From assembly GCF_902713615.1 (NCBI RefSeq), contig NW_024055490.1:343262-407261 (forward strand): DNA of 64,000 nucleotides, given 5' to 3'. This document shows, piece by piece, positions 49,500 to 60,572 of this stretch (its first letter is position 1; each line of letters opens with the position of its first letter). Both the position numbers and the translations under genes were made by a program. The DNA is from Scyliorhinus canicula. Taxonomy: Eukaryota. Under the pieces are notes generated by a model. That model did no database searches, was not told the DNA's origin, and saw only the letters and a program-made list of their open reading frames with translations.

Positions 49500-52400
49500 A
49501 TCTCACCTGCTCACTACTCAGCTCTCGTCTTTCCCAGGCTCCCTATACTTTAACCCAGCTTTATACCATTTCCCAGGCTCCATGTGTTCCCGACCCCCCC
49601 CCCCCCCCGACCCCCACCTCCCCTGCCGTTTCCGAGGCTCCCTGTGATTTCCCCAGCTCTCTACCTTTTCCCAGGCTCCTTGTACTTCCCCCCCCCAGCT
49701 CTCTACCTTTTCGCAGGCTCCCCACACTTTTCCCCAGCTCTCTACCTTTTCCCAGGCTCCCTGTGCTTTCCCCAACTCTCTACCTTTTCCCAGGCTCCCT
49801 GCGCTTTCCCCAGCTCTCTACCTTTTCCCAGGCTCCCTGTGCTTTCCCCAACTCTCTACCTTTTCCCAGGCTCCCTGCGCTTTCCCCAGCTCTCTACCTT
49901 TTCCCAGGCTCCCTGTGCTTTTCCCCAGCTCTCTGCCTTTTCCCAGGTTCGCTGTGCGTCCCCCAGATCTCTACCGTTTCTAATACTCCCCGCAATTTCC
50001 CCCAGCTCTCTGCATTTTCCCAGGTTCGCTGAGCTATTCCCCAGTTCTCTACCTTTTCCCAGTCTCCCTGTGCTTCCCCCCAGCTCTCTACATTTTCCCA
50101 GACTCCCGGCACTTCTCTTCAGGTCTGAGCTTTCGCCCCGCTTCCTGCCTTTTCCGGACTCCTTTTGCTTTCCTCCAGCTCTCAAACTTTTCCCAGTCTC
50201 CCTGTGATTTGCCCCAGCTCTCTGCCTTGTCCCAGGCTCACTGTACTTTCTCCCAGCTCTCTAACGTTCCAAGGTTCCCTGTGCTTTCCCCCAGCTCTCC
50301 ACCTTTTCGCAGGCTCCCTGTGCTTTCCCTCAGCTCTCCACCTTTTCCCAGTCTCCCTGTGCTTTCCCCCAGCTCTCCACCTTTTCCCAGTCTCCCTGTG
50401 CTTTCCCCCAGCTCTCCACCTTTCCCCAGTCTCCCTGTGATTTCCCCCAGCTCTCCACCTTTTCCCAGTCTCCCTGTGATTTCCCCCAGCTCACTACCGT
50501 TTCCCAGGCTCCCTGTGATTTCCCCCAGCTCACTACCTTTTCCCAGGCTCCCTGTGCTTTTCCCCAGCTCTCTATTCTTTCCCAGGCTCCCTGCGCTCCC
50601 CCCCCCTCCCCCGGTCTCTACCTTTTCCCAGGCTTCCTGCACTTTTCACCACTTCTCTACCTTTTCCCAGTCTCCCTGCACTTTTCCCCAACTCTCTGCC
50701 TTTTCCCAGTCTCCCCATGCTTTCCCCCGGCTCTCTGCCTTTTCCCAGTCTCCCTGCGCTTTTCCCCAACTCTCTACCTTTTCCCAGGCTCCCTGTGCTT
50801 TTCCCCAGCTCTCTACCTTTTCCCAGTCTCCCTGTGATTTCCCCCAGCTCACTACCTTTTCCCAGGATCCATGTGCTTTCCCCCAGCTCTCAACCTTTTC
50901 CCAAGCTTCCTGTGCTTCCCCCCATCTCTCTATTCTTTCCCAGGCTCCCTGCGCCCCCCCCCCTCTCTACCTTTTCCCAGGCTCCCTGTGCTGCCTCCCC
51001 GCTTCCTGCCTTTTCCGGACATCTTTTGCATTCTTCCAGCTCTCAAACTTTTCCCAGTCTCTCTGTGATTTCCCCCAGCTCTCCACCTTTTCCCAGTCTC
51101 CCTGTGATTTCCCCCAGCTCACTACCTTTTCCCAGGCTCCCTGTGATTTCCCCAGCTCACTACCTTTTCCCAGGCTCCCTGTGCTTTTCCTCAGCTCTCT
51201 ATTCTTTCCCAGGCTCCCTGCGCTTCCCCCCACCCCCCCCCCCCGCCCCCGTCTCTACCTTTTCCCAGGCTTCCTGCACATTTCACCACTTCTCTACCTT
51301 TTCCCAGTCTCCCTGCCCTTTTCCCCAACTCTCTTCCTTTTCCCAGTCTCCCTATGCTTTCCCCCGGCTCTCTGCCTTTTCCCAGGCTCCCTGTGCTTTT
51401 CCCCAGCTCTCTACCTTTTCCCAGTCTCCCTGTGATTTCCCCCAGCTCACTACCTTTTCCCAGGATCCATGTGCTTTCCCCCAACTCTCTATCTTTTCCC
51501 AAGCTTCCTGTGCTTTCCCCCATCTCTCTATTATTTCCCAAGCTCCGTGCGCTCCCCCCCCCCCCTCTTCCTTTTCCCAGGCTCCCTGTGCTGCCGCCCC
51601 GCTTCCTGCCATTTCCGGACATCTTTTGCTTTCTTCCAGCTCTCAAACTTTTCCCAGGCTCCCTGTCCTATTCCCTAGCTCTCGAACTTTTCCCAGGCTC
51701 TCTGTCCTATTCCCCAGCTCTCTACATTTTCCCAGGCTCCCGGTGATTTCCCCCAGCTCTCTACCTTTTCCCAGGCTCCCGGTGCTTCCACCCAGCTCTC
51801 TACATTTTCCCAAGCTTCCTGTGCTTTCCCCCATCTCTCTATTCTTTCCCAGGCTCCCTGCGCTCCCCCCCCGCCCCCCCCCCCCCCCCCACACCGTCTC
51901 TACCTTTTCCCAGGCTCCCTGCACTTTTCCCCAGCTCTCGGCTTTTGCCCAGGCTCCCTGTGCTATTCCCCACTTCTCTACCTTTTCCCAGTCTCCCTAT
52001 GCTTTCCCCCGGCTCTCTGCCTTTTCCCAGTCTCCCTGTGCTTTCCCCCGGCTCTCTGCCTTTTCCCAGGCTCCCTGTGCTTTCCCCCAACTCTCTTCCT
52101 TTTCCCAGGATCCTTGTGCCTTTCCCCAGCTCCCTACCTTTTCCCAGGCTTCCTGTGCTTTCCCCCAGCTCTCTATTCTTTCCCAGGCTCCCTGCGCTTT
52201 CCCCTCCCGCCCCCCACCCCCTTCCCCGTCTCTACCGTTTCCCAGGCTCCCTGCACTTTTCCCCAGCTCTCTATTCTTTCCCAGGCTCCCTGCGCTTCCC
52301 CCCCCCCCCCCGGCTCTACCTTTTCCCAGGCTTCCTGCACTTTTCACCACTTCTCTACCTTTTCCCAGTCTCCCTACGCTTTTCCCCAACTCTCTGCCTT

Positions 52401-53468
52401 TTCCCAGTCTCCCTATGCTTTCCCCCGACTCTCTGCCTTTTCCCAGTCTCCCTGCGCTTTTCCCCAACTCTCTACCTTTTCCCAGGCTCCCTGTGCTTTT
52501 CCCCAGCTCTCTACCTTTTCCCAGTCTCCCTGTGATTTCCACCAGCTCACTACCTTTTCCCAGGATCCATGTGCTTTTCCCCCGCTCGCTACCTTTTCCC
52601 AGGCTCCCCGCACTTTCCCCCAGCTCTCTACCTTTTCCCAAGCTTCCTGTGCTTTCCCCCATCTCTTTATTCTTTCCCAGGCTCCCTGCGCTCCCCCCCC
52701 CCCCCTCTACCTTTTCCCAGGCTCCCTGTGCTGCCGCCCCGCTTCCTGCCTTTTCCGGACATCTTTGGCTTTCTTCCAACTCTCAAACTTTTCCCAGGCT
52801 CCCTGTCCTATTCCCCTGCTCTCGAACTTTTCCCAGGCTCTCTGTCCTATTCCCCAGCTCTCTACCTTTTCCCAGGCTCCCGGTGATTTCCCCCAGCTCT
52901 CTACCTTTTCCCAGGCTCCATGTGCTTCCACCCAGCTCTCTACATTTTCCCAAGCTTCCTGTGTTTTCCCCCAACTCTCTATTCTTTCCCAGGCTCCCTG
53001 CGCTCCCCCCCCCCCACCCCCCCCCCCCCCCCCCACCGTCTCTACCTTTCCCCAGGCTCCCTGCACTTTTCCCCAGCTCTCGGCCTTTGCCCAGGGTCCC
53101 TGTGCTTTTCCCCACTTCTCTACCTTTCCCAGGCTCCCTGCGCTCCCCCCACCCCCCCCCCCCCCGGTCTCTACATTTTCCCAGGCTTCCTGCACTTTTC
53201 ACCACTTCTCTACCTTTTCCCAGTCTCTCTATGCTTTCCCCCGGCTCTCTGCCTTTTCCCAGTCTCCCTGTGCTTTTCCCCAACTCTCTACCTTTTCCCA
53301 GGCTCCCTGTGCTTTTCCCCAGCTCTCTACCTTTTCCAGGTCTCCCTGTGATTTCCCCCAGCTCACTACCTTTTCCCAGGATCCATGTGCTTTTCCCCAG
53401 CTCTCTACCTTTTCCCAAGCTTCCTGTGCTTTCCCCCATCTCTCTATTCTTTCCCAGGCTCCCTGCGC

Positions 53469-53504
<36 letters not shown>

Positions 53505-55600
53505 ACCCCCATCTACCTTTTCCCAGGCTCCCTGTGCTGCCGCCCCGCTTCCTGCCTTTTCCGGGCATCTTTTGCTTTCTTCCAACTCTCAAACTTTTCC
53601 CAGGCTCCCTGTCCTATTCCCCAGCTCTCGAACTTTTCCCAGGCTCTCTGTCCTATTCCCCAGCTCTCTACCTTTTCCCAGGCTCCCGGTGATTTCCCCC
53701 AGCTCTCTACCTTTTCCCAGGCTCCCGGTGCTTCCACCCAGCTCTCTACATTTTCCCAAGCTTCCTGTGTTTTCCCCCAACTCTCTATTCTTTCCCAGGC
53801 TCCCTGCGCTTCCCCCCCCCCCCACCCCCACGGTCTCTACCTTTTCCCAGGCTCCCTGCACTTTTCCCCAGCTCTCGGCCTTTGCCCAAGGTCCCTGTGC
53901 TTTTCCCCACTTCTCTACCTTTTCCCATTCTCCCTATGCTTTCCCCCGGCTCTCTGCCTTTTCCCAGTCTCCTTGTGCTTTCCCCCGGCTCTCTGCCTTT
54001 TCCCAGGCTCCATGTGCTTTCCCCCAACTCTCTTCCTTTTCCCAGGATCCTTCGTGCCTTTCCCCAGCTCTCTACCTTTTCCCAAGCTTCCTGTGCTTTC
54101 CCCCAACTCTCTATTCTTTCCCAGGCTCCCTGCGCTTCCCCCTCCCGCCCCCCACCCCCTTCCCCGTCTCTACCGTTTCCCAGGCTCCCTGCACCTTTCC
54201 CCATTTCTCTACCTTTCCCAGGCTCCCTGCGCTTTCCCCCAAGCTCGCTACCTTTTCCCAGGCTCCCTGCACTTTTCCCCACTTCTCTACCTTTTCCCAG
54301 TCTCCCTGTGCTTTCCCCCGGCTCTCTGCCTTTTCCCAGGGATCCTTGTGCCTTTCCCCAGCTCTCTACCTTTTCCCACGCTTCCTGTGCTTTCCCCCAA
54401 TTTTCTACCTTTTCCCAGGCTCCCTGTGCTTTCCCCCAACTCTCTGCCTTTTCCCAGGATCCTTGTGCCTATCCCCAGCTCTCTACCTTTTCCCACGCTT
54501 CCTGTGCTTTTCCCCAATTTTCTACCTTTTCCCAGGCTCCCTGTGCTTTCCCCAAGCTGTCTACCTTTTCCCAGGCTCCCTGCACTTTTCCCAAGTTCAC
54601 TACCTTTTCCCAGGCTCCCAGCGCTTTTCCCCAATCTCACTACCTTTTCCCAGGCGCTCTGTGCTTTCGCCCCGCTTCCTGCCTTTTCCGGAATTCTTTT
54701 GCTTTCATCCGGCTCTCAAACTTTTCCCAGGCTCTCTGTCCTATTCCCCAGCTCTCTGCCATTTCCCAGTCTCCTGGTGTTTCCCCCCGGCTCTCTGCCT
54801 TTTCCCAGCCTACCTATGCTTCCCCCCGGCTTCCTGCCTTTTCCCAGCCTCCCTGTGCTTTCCCCAGGCTCTCTGCCTTTTCCCAGTCTCCACGTGCTTT
54901 TCCCCAGCTCTCTACCTTTTCCCAGACACTGTGCTTTCCCCCAGCTCTCTAACGTTTCCCAGGATCCCTGTGCTTTCCCCCAACTCTCTGCCCTTTCCCA
55001 GTCTTCCTGTGCTTTTCCCCAGCTCTCTACCTTTTCCCAGACACTGTGCTTTCCCCCCACCTCTCTAACGTTTCCCAGGATCCCTGTAATTTCCCACCCC
55101 CGCTTCCTGCCTTTTCCGGACTCCTTTTGCTTTCCTTCAGTTCTCAAATTTTTCCCAGGCTCCCTGTGCTTTTCCCCAACTCTCAACCTTTTCCCAGTCT
55201 CCCTGTGCTTTTCCCCAACTCTCAACCTTTTCCCAGGCTCCCTGTGTTTTTCCCCAGCTCTCTAACGTTTCCCAGGCTCCCCGCACTTCCCCCCAGCTCT
55301 CTACCTTTCCCCAGGATCCCTGTGCTTTTCCCCAGCTCTCTGTCATTTCCCAGGCTTCCTGTGCTTTTCCCCAATTTTCTACCTTTTCCCAGGCTCCCTG
55401 TGCTTTTCCCCAGCTCTCTACCTTTTCCCAGTCTCCCTGTGCTTTCCCCCAGCTCTCTGCCCTTTCCCAGGCTCCCTGTGCTTTCCCCCAGCTCTCTACC
55501 TTTACCCTGGCTCCCCGCAGTTTTCCCCAGCTCTCTGCTTTTTCCAGGGTTCTCTGTGCTATTCCATGGCTCTTTGTCATTTTTCCTCTCCCTCTATATT
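49500..55600 (-). repeat. ~6 kb tandem array of a ~39-bp unit, G-rich on the Ig sense strand (switch-region-like)
   Basis: Sense-strand consensus ~AAGGTAGAGAGCTGGGGAAAGCACAGGGAGCCTGGGAAA; the 13-aa periodicity FPRLPVLSPSSLP in the ORF track confirms the 39-nt period. Confidence 0.93.
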
Positions 55601-56055
55601 TTCCCACGTCCTCTTTACAATTCTCCCAGCCCCCGACCCTGACGCTTTCCTCCAGCTGTCTTCTCTTTCTCCTAGGTCTTACTGCTCCCTTGCCAGGCCC
55701 CGACGTTCGGCCACCACTCGCTCTCGCTCCTCGCTCCAATTCTCTGTTCCTCTCTTGTTGCAGACTAACTCCCGCCCATTTAGTAAGCAAGGGGACAAGT
55801 GAATGAGGGTGAGCGAGCAGGGGTGTGATTTAGGGCTGGAGTGAGAAGAGGGTGGCTGGGTATGTCAATGTGCGTGCATTAACAATGGTGGGCGCGTATG
55901 AGTGTGGAGCATGAGGAGGGGTGTGTGATTAAAAATGAGTGAGGATGCATTGGTGAGTGAGGGAGGATGTATGGGCGACGGTGGTGCTTGAAAATAAATG
56001 AGCTCAGTGAGAAGTCTCACAACACCAGGTTAAAGTATATCAGGTTTGTTTCAAA

Positions 56056-56090
56056 CACTAGCTTTCGGAGCACAGCTCCTTCCTCAGATG
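56056..56090 (-). ncRNA. minimal type I hammerhead ribozyme motif (Ig sense strand)
   Basis: CAT-CTGAGGA-A-GGAGC-TGT-GCTCC-GAAA-GC-TA-GTG; core, stem II and stem I are all consistent. Confidence 0.65.
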
Positions 56091-56092
56091 AA

Positions 56093-56425
56093 TAGAACAT
56101 AGAACAGTACAGCACAGAACAGGCCCTTCGGCCCTCGATGTTGTGCCGAGCAATGATCACCCTACTCAAACCCACGTATCCACCCTATACCTGTAACCCA
56201 ACAACCCCCCCTTAACATTACTTTTTAGGTCACTACGGGCATGGCCAATCCACCTAACCCACACATCTTTGGACTGTGGGAGGAAACCGGAGCACCCGGA
56301 GGAAACCCACGCACACACGGGGAGGACGTGCAGACTCCGCACAGACAGTGACCCAGCCGGGAATCGAACCTGGGACCCTGGAGCTGTGAAGCATTTATGC
56401 TAACCACCATTCTACCGTGCTGCCC
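56093..56425 (-). mobile_element. young V-SINE inserted in the Penelope hairpin
   Basis: Full copy; GAAT at 56090-56093 and 56426-56429 is a possible short TSD. Confidence 0.9.
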
Positions 56426-56500
56426 GAATGAAGAGGTATGTTCCAGAAACATGCATATAGATTTCTGTCTGTATATATTTCTGGAACCTACCTTTTCACT

Positions 56501-56535
56501 CACCTGAGGAAGGAGCTGCGCTCTGAAAGCTCGTG
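56501..56535 (+). ncRNA. minimal type I hammerhead ribozyme motif (antisense strand)
   Basis: CAC-CTGAGGA-A-GGAGC-TGC-GCTCT-GAAA-GC-TC-GTG. Confidence 0.6.
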
Positions 56536-56639
56536 TTTGAAACAAACCTGTTGGACTTTAATCTAGTGTTGTCAGACTTCTTACTGAGCTCCCCCAGTCC
56601 AACGCCGGCATCTCCACATCATGTAAATACATGGGTGGG

Positions 56640-59600
56640 CGGTTTGGTGTTGAGTGAGAGTTTGGGTGAGCTGAGCTTCATGAATGTGGCTGCGTGAGTA
56701 ATGGAGGGTGGATGAGTGATGGAGAGTGAGTGACAGTGTGTGAGTGAGCATGTGTGAATGAGGCCTACTGAGTGAGTGAAGGTAGGTGAATGAAGGTGAG
56801 GCTCAGTGAGGGCGGGGAAATGGGGTTGAGTAAATGAGGGTGGATGAGTGAGGGTGAATGAGTGTGGGTGAGTGAGGGTGGGTGAGTTATGAAAAGTGAG
56901 CGAGGGTGGGTGTGTGAGACTGGTTGAGTGAGGGGAGTGAATTAAGTTGTGTGGAGAGAGTGAATAAGTGAGTGTGAGTAAGTGAGGACTGGTGAGTGAG
57001 TGTGAGTGAGGGTTGGTGAGTGAGGGTGAGTGAGTGTGAGTGGGGTAGTTGAGTATGGGTGAGCGAGTGTCAGTGAGGGTTGGTGAGTAAGGGTCAGTGA
57101 GTATGAGTGAGTGTGGGTAGGGTGGGTGAGTGAGTGAGAGTGAATGGGGGTGCGTGAGGGTTGGTGAGTGAGGGTGAGTGGGGGTAAATGAGTGTGAGTG
57201 GGTGATTCAGTGTGGGTGAATGAGTGCGAGTGAGTGAGGGTGGGAGATGGTTGGTGAGTGAGGGTGAGTGAGGGTTGGTGAGTGAGGGTGAGTGGGGTAG
57301 TTGAGTGTGTGTGAGTGAGTGTCAGTGAGGTTGGTGAGTGAGGGTCAGTGAGTGTGAGTGAGTGTGGGTAGGGTGGGTGAGTGAGTGAGAGTGAATGAGG
57401 GTGCGTGAAGGTTGGTGAGTGAGGGTGAGTGGGGGTGAATGAGTGTGAGTGGGTGATTCAGTGTGGGTGAATGAGTGTGAGTGAGTGAGGGTGGGAGAGG
57501 GTTGGTGAGTGAGGGTGAGTGAGGGTTGGTGAGTGAGGGTGAGTGAGTGTGAGTGGGGTAGTTGAGTGTGGGTGAGTGAGTGTCAGTGAGTGAGTGTGAG
57601 TGTGGGTAGGGTGGGTGAGTGAGTGAGAGTCAATGAGGGTGAGTGAGGGTGAGTGGGGATGAATGAGTGATGGTGGGTGAGGGCTGGTGAGTGAGCGTGA
57701 GTGAGTGGGGTGGTTGAGTGTGGGTGAGTGAATGTGAGTGTGGGTGAGGGTGGGCGAGTGAGTGAGAGTGAATGAGGGTGGGTGAGGGTTGGTGAGTAAG
57801 TGTGAGTGAGTGTGAGTGAGAGTTGGTGAGTGAGTGTGGTGATTGAGTGTGGGTGAGTGAGGCTGGGTGAGTGTTGGTTAGTGAGGGTGGGTGTGTGAGA
57901 CTGGGTGAGGGTTGGTAAGTGAGGGTGGGTGAGTGAGGCTGGGTGAGGGTTGGTTAGTGAGGGTGGGTATGTGAGACTGGGTGAGGGTTGGTTAGTGAGG
58001 GTGGGTGAGTGAGGCTGGGTAGGGGTTGGTTAGTGAGGGAGGGTGAGTGAGGCTGGGTGAGGGTTGGTTAGAGAGGGTGGGTGAGTGAGGCTGGGTGAGG
58101 GTTGGTTAGTGAGGGTGGGTGAGTGAGGCTGGGTGAGGGTTGGTTAGTGAGGGTGGGTGAGTGAGGCTGGGTGAGGGTTGGTTAGTGAGGGTGGGTGAGT
58201 GAGGCTGGGTCGGGGTTGGTTAGTGAGGGTGGGTGAGTGAGGCTGGGTGAGGGTGGGTGAGTGAGGGTGGGTGAGGGTTGGCCAGTGAGCGTGGGTGAGT
58301 GAGGCTGGGTGAGGGTTGGTGAGTGAGGGTGGGTGAGGGCTGGTTGAGGGTGGGTGAGTGAGGCTGAGTGAGGGTTGGTTAGTGAGGGTGGGTGAGTGAG
58401 GCTGGGTGAGCGTTGGTTAGTGAGGGTGGGTGAGTGAGGCTGGGTGAGGGTTGGTTAGTGAGGGTGGGTGAGCGTTGGTTAGTGAGGGTGGGTGAGTGAG
58501 GCTGGGTGAGGGTTAGTTAGTGAGGGTGGGTGAGTGAGGCTGGGTGAGGGTTGGTTAGTGAGGTTGGGTGAGTGAGGGTGGGTGAGGGTTGGTTAGTGAG
58601 GGTGGGTGAGTGAGGCTGGGTGAGGGTTGGTTAGTGAGGGTGGGTGAGTGAGGCTGGGTGAGGGTTGGTTAGTGAGGGTGGGTGAGTGAGGCTGGGTGAG
58701 GGTTGGTGTGTGAGGGTGGGTGAGGGTTGGTTAGTGAGGGTGGGTGAGGGTTGGTTAGTGAGGGTGGGTGTGTGAAGCTGGGTGAGGGTGGGTGAGCGAG
58801 GCTGGGTGAGGGTTGGTTAGTGAGGGTGGGTGTGTGAGGCTGGGTGAGGGTTGGTTAGTGAGGGTGGGTGAGTGAGGCTGGGTGAGGGTTAGTTAGTGCG
58901 GGTGGGTGAGTGAGACTGGGTGAGGGTTGGTTAGTGAGGGTGGGTGGGTGAGGCTGTGTGAGGGTGGGTGAGTGAGGCTGGGTGAGGGTTGGTTAGTGAT
59001 GGTGGGTGAGTGAGGCTGGGTGAGGGTTGGTTAGTGAGGGTGGGTGAGTGAGGCTGGGTGAGGGTTGGTTAGTGAGGGTGGGTGAGTGAGGCTGGGTGAG
59101 GGTTGGTTAGTGAGGATGGGTGAGGGTTGGTTAGTGAGGGTGGGTGAGTGAGGATGGGTGAGGGTTGGTGAGTGAGGGTGGGTGAGTGAGGCTGGGTGAA
59201 GGTTGGTTAGTGAGGGTGGGTGAGTGAGGCTGGGTGAGGGTTGGTTAGCGAGGGTGGGTGAGTGAGGCTGGGTGAGGGTTGGTTAGTGAGGGTGGGTGAG
59301 TGAGACTGGGTGAGGGTTGGTGTGTGAGGGTGGGTGAGGGCTGGTTAGTGAGGGTGGGTGAGTGTGGCTGGGCGAGGGTTGGTTAGTGAGGGTGGGTGAG
59401 TGAGACTGGGTGAGGGTTGGTTAGTGAGGGTGGGTGAGTGAGGCTGGGTGAGGGTTGGTGTGTGAGGGTGGGTGAGGGTTGGTTAGTGAGGGTGGGTGAG
59501 TGAGGCTGGGTGAGGGTGGGTGAGTGAAGCTGGGTGAGGGTTGGTTAGTGAGGGTGGGTGAGTGAGGCTGGGTGAGGGTTGGTTAGTGAGGGTGGGTGTG

Positions 59601-60572
59601 TGAGACTGCGTGAGGGTTGGTTAGTGAGGGTGGGTGAGTGAGGCTGGGTAGGGGTTGGTTAGTGAGGGAGGGTGAGTGAGGCTGGGTGAGGGTTGGTTAG
59701 TGAGGGTGGGTGAGTGAGGCTGGGTGAGGGTTGGTTAGTGAGGGTGGGTGAGTGAGGCTGGGTGAGGGTTGGTTAGTGAGGGTGGGTGAGTGAGGCTGGG
59801 TGAGGGTTGGTTAGTGAGGGTGGGTGTGTGAGGCTGGGTAGGGGTTGGTTAGTGAGGGAGGGTGAGTGAGGCTGGGTGAGGGTTGGTTAGTGAGGGTGGG
59901 TGAGTGAGGCTGGGTGAGGGTTGGTTAGTGAGGGTGGGTGAGTGAGGCTGGGTGAGGGTTGGTTAGTGAGGGTGGGTGAGTGAGGCTGGGTGAGGGTTGG
60001 TTAGTGAGGGTGGGTGAGTGAGGCTGGGTCGGGGTTGGTTAGTGAGGGTGGGTGAGTGAGGCTGGGTGAGGGTGGGTGAGTGAGGGTGGGTGAGTGAGGC
60101 CGGGTGAGGGTGGGTGAGTGAGGCTGGGTGAGGGTGGGTGAGTGCGGTTGGGTGAGTGAGGCTGGGTGAGGGTCGGTTAGTGAGGGTGGGTGAGGGTTGG
60201 TTAGTGAGGGTGGGTGAGTGAGGCTGGGTGAGGGTTGGTTAGTGAGGGTTGGTTAGTGAGGGTGGGTGAGTGCGGCTGGGTGAGTGAGGCTGGGTGAGGG
60301 TTGGTTAGTGAGGGTGGGTGAGGGTTGGTTAGTGAGGGTGGGTGAGTGAGGCTGGGTGAGGGTTGGTTAGTGAGGGTTGGTTAGTGAGGGTGGGTGAGTG
60401 AGGCTGGGTGAGGGTTGGTTAGTGAGGGTGGGTGAGTGAGGCTGGGTGAGGGTTGGTTAGTGAGGGTGGGTGAGTGTGGCTGGGTGAGGGTTGGTTAGTG
60501 AGGGTGGGTGAGTGAGGGTGGGTGAGTGAGGCTGGGTGAGGGTGGGTGAGTGAGGCTGGGTGAGGGTTGGTT
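56640..60572 (+). repeat. G/T-rich satellite with a homogeneous 38-bp unit from ~57870
   Basis: Unit GGGTGAGTGAGGCTGGGTGAGGGTTGGTTAGTGAGGGT; degenerate left part includes ~250-bp duplications. Confidence 0.93.

Larger units (their letters stand above)
56001..56622. mobile_element. palindromic Penelope-derived element (inverted terminal repeats) with a nested V-SINE
   Basis: Arms 56001-56093 and ~56497-56590 are reverse complements; the centre GTTCCAGAAA...TTTCTGGAAC is also palindromic. Confidence 0.85.

Noticed and set aside
49454-55790. Very long Pro/Ser/Phe-rich ORFs (up to 991 aa) and antisense Gly/Lys/Glu ORFs
   Set aside because: Several overlapping frames are open because the 39-bp unit lacks stops; intronic repeat, not a protein gene
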